From a virus (taxonomy: Duplodnaviria; Caudoviricetes), in IMG/VR virus record IMGVR_UViG_3300027804_000083, positions 1 through 50,174 of that record: 50,174 nucleotides of DNA; one strand, written 5' to 3'. The notes beneath the pieces were generated by a model. It did no database searches, had not been told where the DNA came from, and saw only the letters and a program-made list of their open reading frames with translations. Shown here piece after piece: positions 1 to 8,778 of this stretch (its first letter is position 1; every line of letters begins with the position of its first letter). A program made the translations under genes and the position numbers.

Positions 1-201
1 CAGGCGATGAAGCGGGCTATGGCTGAGCATGCGCAGAAGCATGGCAAGACGTTCGCAGACGACCAGTGGGAAGCGTTGGAGATGATCGTCCACAAGATTG
101 GCCGCATCGTCAACGGCAACCCTGACAAGGTCGATCACTGGACTGACATTGCTGGCTACGCCAAGCTGATCGCTGACCGGCTTGAGGGGAAGGCACGGTG
201 A
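1..201 (+). CDS. DUF6378-like phage protein, probably 5'-truncated
   Basis: Frame open from base 1; motif MIVHKIGRIVNGNPDKVDHWTDIAGYA resembles the K-I-x-R...D-x-W-x-D-I-A-G-Y family; GTGA overlap with next gene. Confidence 0.65.
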   Translation, partial: QAMKRAMAEHAQKHGKTFADDQWEALEMIVHKIGRIVNGNPDKVDHWTDIAGYAKLIADRLEGKAR

Positions 202-482
202 AGAAGATCACCCCTGAGGAAGCGCGGGCCTTGGTCCTTGCTCAATTGCGCTTGCATGGGTACAAGGGGCGCACGTCTGAACTGGCGGAATGGACGGGCC
301 TGCCGTCCTCTGTCGTTCGCCGTGCGGCTTTGTACTTGGCGGCCAATCAGCAGATCGTGGCGGTGTTGTTGCCTGGGCGGGGGAAGGGGGAATACCTCTT
401 CCACCTGCAGCAGCTTGACCTATTCGAGGATGGCCAGAAGCCGCAAGGCTTTTGGGAGCGCCTCAAGGGGTGGTTCAAATGA
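198..482 (+). CDS. putative winged-helix DNA-binding protein
   Basis: 94 aa; RTSELAEWTGLPSSVVRRAALYL is HTH-like and followed by a beta-wing; coupled to both neighbours. Confidence 0.55.
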   Translation: MKKITPEEARALVLAQLRLHGYKGRTSELAEWTGLPSSVVRRAALYLAANQQIVAVLLPGRGKGEYLFHLQQLDLFEDGQKPQGFWERLKGWFK

Positions 483-1270
483 GCCCGCTCATTCGTGAAT
501 ACGTAGGCTATGTGCCATTCAATCCCATTGAATACACGTGGATTGACTTTGCAAGTGCGCCAATGCCCACGAATGAAAGCGCGAGGGCACTGAGCGAGAA
601 GCTGAAGTCTTTTCAATATGGCCTGAAAACCACCACGGTGGCGGAATGGCCACTGCCGTTTGAAAAGATGTGCCTGCTTTTGCCTGTGACGACCCGGGGG
701 TCCACTGTTCGGGAAGGGGTGATGGTGGTAACGCTTGAACGACACAACGGGAAGATGCTTTTTCAAATATGGGCCAATTCCGAAAAGGACAAAGCATGTA
801 TTGTGATCACCACCACGGGGACGTTTTATGGCCCGGAAACCGGAGCGCGGGTGTCTCCACGCTACGCAGCCAGTATGAACAAGACCTTGGTCCAATGTGC
901 AGAGCATGGCCGGGACGCGCTCGCGGTGGCCATGCGCAAGATCACTGCCATGGCCTTGATAGGGGACTCAACGGCAACTGCTGCTAAGCCTTCCTACATA
1001 GGCAGCAAGTTCCTGAATGAGAAGCGAATCAAGAAGGGCAAGCGCCCGTTCTTCGACTGGACCACGATCACGGTTGAACCCCGTGCGCCATCGCAATCTT
1101 TGGGCGGCACACACGCCAGTCCCAAGCCGCACATGCGCCGTGGTCATGTGCGTCGGTTAAAGAGCGGGAAGATCGTGATGGTCAAGAGCATGATCATCAA
1201 CAAACACAAGATGCCCGAGGAGGGCTTTGTGTTCCATGACTACGTCATGGGAGCAGCAGCCACTCCCTGA
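479..1270 (+). CDS. phage hypothetical protein with C-terminal HxRRGHxR motif
   Basis: Start moved to ATG 479 (ATGA overlap with upstream stop); GGTHASPKPHMRRGHVRRLKSGK basic motif. Confidence 0.7.
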   Translation: MSPLIREYVGYVPFNPIEYTWIDFASAPMPTNESARALSEKLKSFQYGLKTTTVAEWPLPFEKMCLLLPVTTRGSTVREGVMVVTLERHNGKMLFQIWANSEKDKACIVITTTGTFYGPETGARVSPRYAASMNKTLVQCAEHGRDALAVAMRKITAMALIGDSTATAAKPSYIGSKFLNEKRIKKGKRPFFDWTTITVEPRAPSQSLGGTHASPKPHMRRGHVRRLKSGKIVMVKSMIINKHKMPEEGFVFHDYVMGAAATP

Positions 1271-1370
1271 TTGAATCGACGGCCTCCCAGAATATTTCTG
1301 GGTAGGACCGGTCCTTGTCTTCCGGCTGCAGCAAGAATTCCAGCCGACCTTTGCACATCGTAATTTTCAT
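1245..1370 (-). CDS. small hypothetical protein, 41 aa (not in ORF track)
   Basis: ATGA overlap with polA stop; MKITMCKGRLEFLLQPEDKDRSYPEIFWEAVDSIREWLLLP. Confidence 0.4.
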   Translation of the reverse strand: MKITMCKGRLEFLLQPEDKDRSYPEIFWEAVDSIREWLLLP

Positions 1371-3232
1371 TTTGCTTCTCCCCAGCTAGGGCCCACCTCC
1401 ACATCACAACGGCTGGGCACCTGCATGTTGACCGCTGTGGACATGATGTGTGCGCCTTCCTCGGCCTCCGCTTTGGTAGCTACGCTCAGCGCCAATTCAT
1501 CATGCACCTGAAGTATCGGGCGCATCCCTGCCTTTGCCAAGGCCACCATGGCCGCTTTTGTCTGGTCTGCCGCAGAACCCTGGATCAGACGGTTCAGGCC
1601 TTTGTACGTGCCCGCACGCTTGATCCGTTGTCCGTATTCAATGACGGCCTGCTCACGTGGTAGGGCCTTGTTCACGCCCCACTCCATCGGTTCCCACAGC
1701 GGGAAGCGGCACTTGCGGCCCAGGAGCGTGCGGATTGATCCGCCGCTGGCCGGGTGGTCGATGCGCTTCATGACGGCGTTGACGGTGCCCTTGAGGAACG
1801 GCACGTTCTTGTGGAACTGATCGATCAGCTCAGATGCCTCATCCAGACTCAAATCTAGCTGCCCTGCGAGCTTATTTTTGCCCATCCCATACATGAGCCC
1901 CAACCCGATCGTTTTGGCGGCCTTGCGCTTGATTCCAGCCATGTCTGCGACCATTTGGTGGAAGTCGGTGTTCGGGTCGTTGCGGTAGGCATCCACCATC
2001 TTGTCCGCCCCCGGCAGGTCCAGGAGGCTTGCATAGTGAACCAGCAGGCGCGGTTCCTGGGAGCTGAAGTCGTTGGAGGCCCACAGCTGTCCCTCCTCAG
2101 GTAGGAACAGACTCCTGACCATCGGGCCGATGATCTCGTGGCGGGCAGGAACCTGCTGCAGGTTGGGGTTAGCCATGGACAGACGGCCTGTGACCGTGCC
2201 GCCGTCATCTGAGCGCATCTGGTTGACGTGCGGATGGATGCGCCCGGTCTTGGCGCTGAAGTCCATGTAAGGCTGCAGAAAGGTGCTGTGGGTTTTGTTG
2301 ACCTCCCGGGCCTCGACGATCATCTTGGCCAGCGGGTGCTCACAGGCGTCCAGGAACCCCTTGGTGAAGCTCGGTAGACCGTTGCTGGTCTTGGCATAGT
2401 GGATGCCGAGGCGATCGAATGCCTGGGCCACGGACTGTGCTGCCCAGACATCGACTTTCTGTCCCACTTGCGACTTCATCTCTTGGAGCAGTTGCTGCTC
2501 CCTTTTCCGCATGTTGTCAATTAACTCTGCACATTTAGTCCGGTCAAAGCGGATGCCCTGGCGGGTCATGTTCAGCAGCACAGGGAATACTTCTGTTTCC
2601 AGATTGAAGATGTGTTCTACATCTTCTATACGCAGTTTGGCCTTGAAGTTCTGCCACAGCTTCAGGGTCAGCGCGGCGTCTTGCTCGGCGTATTCGCCGA
2701 CATACATCGCCGGGAGCTTCCAGAGCTCTTTCTTAGGATGGACACCGAAATCGGCTGCGGCCTGCTTGAGGCCCTGCTCACTCTTGACTTCTTTAAGGTA
2801 GTCAAAGCCAAGGGCATTGAGGCTGTAACTGAATCGGTTCTCATCAAGAATGGGAGCGGCGAGCATTGTGTCGTATATCGTTCCATTGATGGTGAATCCA
2901 CTTGCCTGAAGCCACCCGGCATCATAGGCGGCGTTGTGCATGATTTTGTCGGCGGGGGTGAGGAGGACATCCCGTATCCAGCGTTCAACGAGGCGTTTAT
3001 CGAGGTTACCCCCACCGCCGTGAGCCACAGGAAAATACCCGGACCAACCATCGACTGCGATTGCGTAACCAACAATGTACCCATCGTTGCGAGGCCAGCC
3101 GGGACCCATAGACTCCATATTCGGGTCGCACGTTTCGAGGTCAATTGCAATCTCCTTCGCTTCAGACAGGTTGGGGAATGATTGGGGCGGAACCCACTCG
3201 GTGGGGTTCGGGAACATCGGGATGGTTCTCAC
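1367..3232 (-). CDS. polA: family A DNA polymerase (3'-5' exonuclease + polymerase, no 5'-3' exonuclease)
   Basis: ExoI AIDLET, ExoII HNAAYD, ExoII/III YAEQD; TGRLS; motif A DFSSQEPR, motif B RKAAKTIGLGLMYG, motif C QVHDEL. Confidence 0.97.
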   Translation of the reverse strand: MRTIPMFPNPTEWVPPQSFPNLSEAKEIAIDLETCDPNMESMGPGWPRNDGYIVGYAIAVDGWSGYFPVAHGGGGNLDKRLVERWIRDVLLTPADKIMHNAAYDAGWLQASGFTINGTIYDTMLAAPILDENRFSYSLNALGFDYLKEVKSEQGLKQAAADFGVHPKKELWKLPAMYVGEYAEQDAALTLKLWQNFKAKLRIEDVEHIFNLETEVFPVLLNMTRQGIRFDRTKCAELIDNMRKREQQLLQEMKSQVGQKVDVWAAQSVAQAFDRLGIHYAKTSNGLPSFTKGFLDACEHPLAKMIVEAREVNKTHSTFLQPYMDFSAKTGRIHPHVNQMRSDDGGTVTGRLSMANPNLQQVPARHEIIGPMVRSLFLPEEGQLWASNDFSSQEPRLLVHYASLLDLPGADKMVDAYRNDPNTDFHQMVADMAGIKRKAAKTIGLGLMYGMGKNKLAGQLDLSLDEASELIDQFHKNVPFLKGTVNAVMKRIDHPASGGSIRTLLGRKCRFPLWEPMEWGVNKALPREQAVIEYGQRIKRAGTYKGLNRLIQGSAADQTKAAMVALAKAGMRPILQVHDELALSVATKAEAEEGAHIMSTAVNMQVPSRCDVEVGPSWGEAK

Positions 3233-4731
3233 AGGCGGAATCCTTTTTCTATGTGTTTGGGCAGGATCAGGTGCAACGACTTTTTGGCGCGGGTAATGCC
3301 CACGTAGAAAAGCCGGTGTACGTCGTCTCCGTTCCTCTGTAGTTCAAGTGCAAATTTTGGTGACAGGTCCATGAGCAGGATGACGTGATCTGCCTCCCCG
3401 CCTTTGGCCCCATGGATGGTGGACAGCTTGATGCGGTTGATGCTGGACAGCTTCGTCTTCCTGCGCAGCACAGCGATCAGGTAGTCTCGCTTATCTTCCG
3501 GGATGCGGGTCAGGGCTTCGTGCCAGATGGGTGCGTCCAACAGGCCGTGATCACGCTTGAGGTCCTCGAGGAAGTAGATCACCTCTGGGTCGCCGTTCTT
3601 GAAGGCCCGGTGTCCTCGGGCCACGAGCTCTGCTCCGAGGTACTTGTAGATGTTCTTGACCTCTTCGTAGTTGGCATCCTGTCCCGAGCGAAGCCGCTCC
3701 CATATCACCACGGCCTTGACCATCTGCGTATTGAGACTGGGGACCCCAGATCGCTCGAACAGGAGTCCTTGACTTTTGAGCCATTCGTGTACTGGGTTCA
3801 GCATGTAGTTGGCTGCAGCCATGATGAGCCAGGACTCGTCGTTGAGGGCCACGTCCTCGAAGCGGTAGTAGGTCTTGACCTCGCCTTCAAAGTCGCGGGA
3901 CTTCCATTCCTTGGGCTGGCGCTCCTTGATGCGGTGAACGATTCGGTCGGCCAGGGCGTGGACGGTGCTAGGTACTCGGTACGACTGATCGAGCACGGTG
4001 ATCTGGCCTTGGAAGGACAGAAAACTCTTGACATCAGCCCCTGCCCACGTGAATACTGCCTGATCGTCGTCTCCGGCGAGGAAGGTCCGTTTCGCCTTCG
4101 CAGACAGGGCCTCGACCATTTGCCACTGCAGGCGGCTCAAATCCTGAGCCTCATCCACGATCAGCACGTCCAACGCAGGCAAGCTCTCGTGCTCCACGAC
4201 GATCATTTCCAGCAGGTCGGTGAAGTCCAGCAGGTCCCTGGAGCGCTTGTAGTGGCGATAGGTCCGCTCCACAAACTCAAAGTGGTACCACTCGATGTCC
4301 AGGCCGCACTGGTTGTAGTGCTGCCGCAGGTCCACGCCCTTGATCCGGGCGAGGTTGATCTGGTTCAGGATCGGGTTGTCGGCCTTGGCTAGGTCAACAT
4401 CGTCTTCGGTTCCCATGCTGATCTCAATGCCCGCCTCGGCGGCGAACTCCCGGTAGTGCTCCGGCTGCATGATCATGTCGGCCTTGATGGCAAGGCATCG
4501 GAAGGCGAGCGAGTGCAGAGTACGGAAGAACGGAAAATCCGTCTTGGGGTTCAGCTGTGGGAATTTGGCGATGGCTCGGTCCCGCGCTTCGTTGGCTGCT
4601 TTCTTGGTGAAGGAAAAGTACCCGATCTTCATAGACGGCACGCCGTCCTCGAGTTCCTTCTCCACCCGGTTCAGCAGGTAGGTGGTCTTGCCCGCCCCAG
4701 GCGGTCCAAAGATTTTGTGAATCTCACTCAC
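3229..4731 (-). CDS. UvrD/Rep-like superfamily 1 helicase
   Basis: GPPGAGKTT, VDEAQD, GDDDQAVF, SYR, STIHGAKGGE, RLFYVGITRAK; start moved to GTG 4731 (GTGA overlap). Confidence 0.93.
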   Translation of the reverse strand: MSEIHKIFGPPGAGKTTYLLNRVEKELEDGVPSMKIGYFSFTKKAANEARDRAIAKFPQLNPKTDFPFFRTLHSLAFRCLAIKADMIMQPEHYREFAAEAGIEISMGTEDDVDLAKADNPILNQINLARIKGVDLRQHYNQCGLDIEWYHFEFVERTYRHYKRSRDLLDFTDLLEMIVVEHESLPALDVLIVDEAQDLSRLQWQMVEALSAKAKRTFLAGDDDQAVFTWAGADVKSFLSFQGQITVLDQSYRVPSTVHALADRIVHRIKERQPKEWKSRDFEGEVKTYYRFEDVALNDESWLIMAAANYMLNPVHEWLKSQGLLFERSGVPSLNTQMVKAVVIWERLRSGQDANYEEVKNIYKYLGAELVARGHRAFKNGDPEVIYFLEDLKRDHGLLDAPIWHEALTRIPEDKRDYLIAVLRRKTKLSSINRIKLSTIHGAKGGEADHVILLMDLSPKFALELQRNGDDVHRLFYVGITRAKKSLHLILPKHIEKGFRL

Positions 4732-4919
4732 TGCACCACCTTGGTCGTGTTCTTTGCGGCCCATTCCAGGGCCACGGATACATCAAGGTATTCCTCAGGC
4801 TGGATCACGTCCACCACGATGCCTGTGGGCGTATTGGTGAGCTTGATCAACCCCATGCCGTACAGCATGGCGTTGTTTGCAGCTATGGCGAAGATGGACT
4901 CAATGTCCTCTTCCGTCAT
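4728..4919 (-). CDS. hypothetical protein
   Basis: 63 aa, 4-nt overlaps with both neighbours. Confidence 0.65.
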   Translation of the reverse strand: MTEEDIESIFAIAANNAMLYGMGLIKLTNTPTGIVVDVIQPEEYLDVSVALEWAAKNTTKVVQ

Positions 4920-5158
4920 GCTTGTCCCCTTGCTCGGATGGCATCACGGGTATCAATACAAGCCGCCCATGCCGACTGCGTTGTTGGGTTTTGTTCAAGC
5001 CCCGCATATACATCAGCGTGTTTCTTGCAAACTTCTGCACACGCCTCACGCTCTGCGGCGGCGACAATGGCGGCAAAGCGTTCAAGGCTAGGATGGCCAT
5101 AGTCATACATCACTAAATGAGCCTTCTGCGCCATGCGGATGATGTCGTCTCGGTTCAT
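4916..5158 (-). CDS. hypothetical phage protein (AEREACA...AIRARG type)
   Basis: LERFAAIVAAAEREACAEVC...DAIRARG; ATG 5158 overlaps upstream stop. Confidence 0.7.
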   Translation of the reverse strand: MNRDDIIRMAQKAHLVMYDYGHPSLERFAAIVAAAEREACAEVCKKHADVYAGLEQNPTTQSAWAACIDTRDAIRARGQA

Positions 5159-5394
5159 TCCCATTCATCCCACAGGTCCTCAGGCCATACCAGGATGGGC
5201 GTGTCAGGGCCCATGTACGCACCTTCGATGTTGAACTCGATGTATTCCCGGGCCTCTTCAGCTGTCATGCTGTCTTTCATCAAGTTTTCCCGAATAATTT
5301 CCGCGTTGTACACAAGCACATTCTGTCGCTCGTTGCCCTGCCATATGAACGCGGGGCCCAATATGGCGTTGTCGTGGCCGTCAATCTTTAACAT
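5155..5394 (-). CDS. conserved hypothetical phage protein
   Basis: LKIDGHDNAILG...EEAREYIEFNIEGAYMGPDTP; coupled to primase stop. Confidence 0.75.
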   Translation of the reverse strand: MLKIDGHDNAILGPAFIWQGNERQNVLVYNAEIIRENLMKDSMTAEEAREYIEFNIEGAYMGPDTPILVWPEDLWDEWE

Positions 5395-6926
5395 CAGAAT
5401 GGGCTCCCCTCGGTGCGTTGGGTTTGGGTGTCGAATGGTGCGTCCTGTTTCTGGAAGCGCGGGATACGCCAGCAGCGCACCGTGCGGTTCTTCAGGAACA
5501 TGCTGATAGGTTCACCGCCCATGTCACGCAAACGCTGAGCCATCTTGGGGGCGGAGAGGCCAATGAAGTTGTTGCGCTTCAAGTGTGCCTCGAGGTCCTT
5601 CATGCGGAAATACGTCTTGGCCTCGTCCTCGTCTGTCCAGGGGCGGCCCATGATCATCTCTTCGCGCACCATCGCTTGCTGCATGTGGGTGGTGAACTCT
5701 TCCAGCAGGTCCATGAAGCGTCCGGTGACGCTCGTATCCTCACTGGCCACAGTGATCTGCTCGGTCTCGACCATCTCCTTCAGAAGCGCATTGAGCAGGT
5801 TTTCCCAATCCTGCTTGCGCAGGGTCGGGGGCACGATGTTCAATCGTTCGAGGCAGGACTTCTGAAATGCGGCTTGGTTGTAGAGACTTTCGGTGTCGAG
5901 TTCAATACGCCGTCCATTGACGTCCAGGAACCAAAGAGGAGGCTCACTGGCGTATTTCGAAAGGGATGCAATTTGGGGAGCGTCTGGAGCTGCGGCACCG
6001 ATTCCAAACTTGCGAGTGCGACAGAGTCCAGAATTGCAAAAACCGTTGAGGGGTGCGTCTTTGCACTTGTAGTTGTAGTCCTTCTTACCGGCCTGTTTGA
6101 GTACCAACTGGACTTCAGTGTTGGGCAAAGGGGGAGCCACATATTTGAAGTTGTATTCAACCAGCTTATCTTCCCAGGAACCTGGGTGCGCCCGCTTGAG
6201 ATAGACCCCAATGTTGAATAGTCCATTATTGCGGGTGCCCTCTGGGAACCCTTGCGCACAAAGCGCCTGTAAGCAAGGCGGGCCGTCTTTGATGGGACTC
6301 TCAGCTTGCTTAGGTGGCTCTGGGAAATTAAGCGGTAGCTCTTGCACCGCTGCCTCGTACAGACCATAGAACTCTTCCAGAGTTGCCGCAGACCCATCCG
6401 GGTTGATCGCGTAGCGAAGCCCTGCGTCTCCGCCAAAGTACGGAAGGTTAAGGAAGTTGCCGGTGTCCCCTCGGTCCACCAGTATCTCTGCCTGCTTGGG
6501 AAAAATCTCACGGCCTGCCTCGCCAAGAAGGGCCGCCGCATTTTTGAGGTATGTCTGAAAATCTCGAGCTGGCGCAGGTTCTTTGGTAAAGAGAAAAACA
6601 TGTGCTCCTCCTGACTTGCTACGGCAAACGACCAGCGGCAGCTTCAGCTGCGCGACTCGCTCAACGAGACCTTTGTGGTCCAGAGGGTACTGGTCAATGT
6701 CAACACAGCCCCAGATGCAGGTGTTATCAGACCTGATCGGGATAATTCCAAGACTCGGTTCAACACCCTCGAGGTGCTTGATCCAGAGGTCGTCTGTCGG
6801 GGGCTTGCGCACAACTGTCGCCTGCCCTGCTTGCTTTCCATCTCCGCGCTCCGCTTTTATTTTGTACGTTCCATAGGCGATGTCCAACCCTGTGAAGATC
6901 GCCTTGAATCTTGTTATGTCTGTCAT
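5394..6926 (-). CDS. AEP-superfamily primase with PriCT-like domain
   Basis: DID, RSKSGGAH, NLP catalytic motifs; PPCL...EGTRNNGLF and Cys cluster (YKC..FC..LC); no P-loop domain. Confidence 0.82.
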   Translation of the reverse strand: MTDITRFKAIFTGLDIAYGTYKIKAERGDGKQAGQATVVRKPPTDDLWIKHLEGVEPSLGIIPIRSDNTCIWGCVDIDQYPLDHKGLVERVAQLKLPLVVCRSKSGGAHVFLFTKEPAPARDFQTYLKNAAALLGEAGREIFPKQAEILVDRGDTGNFLNLPYFGGDAGLRYAINPDGSAATLEEFYGLYEAAVQELPLNFPEPPKQAESPIKDGPPCLQALCAQGFPEGTRNNGLFNIGVYLKRAHPGSWEDKLVEYNFKYVAPPLPNTEVQLVLKQAGKKDYNYKCKDAPLNGFCNSGLCRTRKFGIGAAAPDAPQIASLSKYASEPPLWFLDVNGRRIELDTESLYNQAAFQKSCLERLNIVPPTLRKQDWENLLNALLKEMVETEQITVASEDTSVTGRFMDLLEEFTTHMQQAMVREEMIMGRPWTDEDEAKTYFRMKDLEAHLKRNNFIGLSAPKMAQRLRDMGGEPISMFLKNRTVRCWRIPRFQKQDAPFDTQTQRTEGSPF

Positions 6927-6945
6927 CTTGCCCTCTATGAAAGGT

Positions 6946-7017
6946 GGGGGTACTCGCTGCGTCTGTTCTGGATATGCCCTTTAGACAGCACCTGCCTCCA
7001 GCATCCGCTTTCCCCCC
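6946..7017 (-). ncRNA. candidate structured RNA: long irregular hairpin with GAA/AGUA loop-E-like motif
   Basis: GGGGG/CCCCC closing stem, GAA opposite AGUA, UGC/GCA, CUGGA/UCCAG, GUGCU/GGCAU; fills most of the SSB-primase gap; no U-tract. Confidence 0.55.
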
Positions 7018-7022
7018 GGAAA

Positions 7023-7796
7023 TCAGAACGGTGCAGGTCCGTTGTCCACGGCCCCTTCGGATTCGTGCTTGACCTTGACCTCACCGGCCTTGATCTGATC
7101 AGCGAATGCCTTGGCAGCGTGATACTGATTCATGTCCTCGATGGGACCAACCTTTTCAATCTCCCATCCGTACCACTTGCCCTTGTCGTTGGACTCGGCT
7201 TGCGTGGTCAGGCGATACACATGGCTGTACATCGGGGGAGTGAACGGACCGTTCTTGCCCATGAGCTTGGTGCTCATCATCATGCTGTTCCACTTGCGTG
7301 ATTTTTTCAGCTGCGTGGACTTCATGACGATCAGAGCAGGCTCGGGGATGCCGCTCTCGTTGATGACCATCACATAGTGGTTGGCCGTGTTCTCAACGTA
7401 GTTGCCGTTTTCCAGGAAGTCTTTGCTTTCCCCCGGCTCACGATGGGTGCGCGAGAGGATGTCGGACGTTGCCGGATAGATGGCGATGGGTGCGCCGCTG
7501 CCAGAGCCGCGAGGTGCCCATTCAATGTACTGACGCACATAGGCCACAGGGATCACCGTGATGCCGTCTTTGCCGTTGTACAGCTGTCCGGTCACACTGT
7601 TCATGATGAACCCAGGCATCGCGCCGTCCACCTCACCCACTTCAGGGCTGGTACTGGTCAACAGCTTCAGGAACGGAAGCGCGAAGTCTTCCTGGCCCAT
7701 GCCGTCAAAGCCACTGTTGGCGTCCTGCTCGAAATCGCTGGCCAAAGCCAGTGCATATTCCTTGGTCTCGGCGACCGCAACTTGATTCTTGCTCAT
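7023..7796 (-). CDS. putative single-stranded DNA-binding protein
   Basis: Replication operon position, aromatic beta-rich core (YIEW, WYGWEI), flexible tail ending PAPF; AAGGA RBS before ATG 7796. Confidence 0.6.
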   Translation of the reverse strand: MSKNQVAVAETKEYALALASDFEQDANSGFDGMGQEDFALPFLKLLTSTSPEVGEVDGAMPGFIMNSVTGQLYNGKDGITVIPVAYVRQYIEWAPRGSGSGAPIAIYPATSDILSRTHREPGESKDFLENGNYVENTANHYVMVINESGIPEPALIVMKSTQLKKSRKWNSMMMSTKLMGKNGPFTPPMYSHVYRLTTQAESNDKGKWYGWEIEKVGPIEDMNQYHAAKAFADQIKAGEVKVKHESEGAVDNGPAPF

Positions 7797-7812
7797 TTTC
7801 AATTTCCTTTTT

Positions 7813-8370
7813 TCATGCTGATTTGATGGTTGCCTTCTGGCCTACGTGTACGCCAAAAAGCTCTGTGGGGAGTTCGTTGCCGCGCTCCACCTGCTCACGA
7901 ACCCAGGCTTTCAAGGTCTGGGGCTCGATCTTCTGCGCTTGCTCCACTGGATAGTTTTGCTCACGCAGTTGATTCAGGAGTGTCTCGCACAGGCCGTCTT
8001 CTCCACGGCCAAAGCGCACAGACACAGTGTTCTTGATGATGTCATCGAAGCCGCGCTCACGAAGCCACTCATAAGCCTGAGCACGCTTTTCCTCGGGGAT
8101 GCTGGCACCATAGAAAGCCTTCACGGTGATCTGACTGCCGTCAGTCATCTTGAACTCCTTCAGGCCCAGCTCCTGCAGCATGGCAGGGATGGTTTCCTCG
8201 AGCAGCTTGCGCTGCTGCTTCTTGCGCTCGTCAATCACAGTCTCGAGCTCGAGGATTTCTTTCTCAAGCTCTTTCGCACGCTTGGCCAATGCGCCAACAG
8301 AGGACAGGTCCTCGTCTTTGACTTGCAAGGCACCAGCGTCTTGCTCAAACATATCGGTGAATTTAGTCAT
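7813..8370 (-). CDS. conserved phage protein with N-terminal coiled coil
   Basis: GGAG RBS before ATG 8370; AYEWLRERGFDDIIKN, PQTLKAWVRE. Confidence 0.75.
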   Translation of the reverse strand: MTKFTDMFEQDAGALQVKDEDLSSVGALAKRAKELEKEILELETVIDERKKQQRKLLEETIPAMLQELGLKEFKMTDGSQITVKAFYGASIPEEKRAQAYEWLRERGFDDIIKNTVSVRFGRGEDGLCETLLNQLREQNYPVEQAQKIEPQTLKAWVREQVERGNELPTELFGVHVGQKATIKSA

Positions 8371-8692
8371 CTCTTTCTCCATTCTCGGTGATGTCAATCT
8401 TAACAGGGATGTACAGCTTCTCGCGGCGATCCCACTTGAGAGCTGTGAAGCGGCCAGCGTTATAGAAAGCAGCTATCGAGCAGGCCAAGCCGATAGCTAC
8501 AGGGTCCCCTGTCAGTAACAGGAAATCCTGATCCTTGTAATCCCGCAGCTTGCGCCGCAGGGTCCGAACCGTGGGGATCGTGCTGAACGCGATCTGGGTG
8601 TTGGAAGGCAGCAAGACCTTCATTTCCCCGAAGCGCATCGCAGGTGCGATGTCATGATTCGGCATCTCTTGAACAACAAATACGGTGGGCAT
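8363..8692 (-). CDS. small alpha/beta hypothetical protein
   Basis: AGGAG RBS; first gene after leftward promoter; DFLLLTGDP and LKWDR motifs. Confidence 0.75.
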   Translation of the reverse strand: MPTVFVVQEMPNHDIAPAMRFGEMKVLLPSNTQIAFSTIPTVRTLRRKLRDYKDQDFLLLTGDPVAIGLACSIAAFYNAGRFTALKWDRREKLYIPVKIDITENGERDD

Positions 8693-8704
8693 GTACGCTC
8701 TCCT

Positions 8705-8756
8705 TTCTCAAACCGTGCTCATAGTGTACACTACTCCGCAGGGTTGTCAACACCCT
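8705..8756. promoter_or_regulatory. divergent sigma70-type promoter region
   Basis: Minus: TTGACA (8750-8745)-16 bp-TACACT (8728-8723). Plus: TTCTCA (8705-8710)-16 bp-TACACT (8727-8732). Palindrome TAGTGTACACTA at 8722-8733. Confidence 0.65.
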
Positions 8757-8778
8757 TTTTCAAGAAAGGAAGAAAGAA

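Noticed and set aside
3385-4392. 335-aa plus-strand ORF
   Set aside because: Antisense shadow of the UvrD-like helicase, expected from GC-rich codon bias; no motifs
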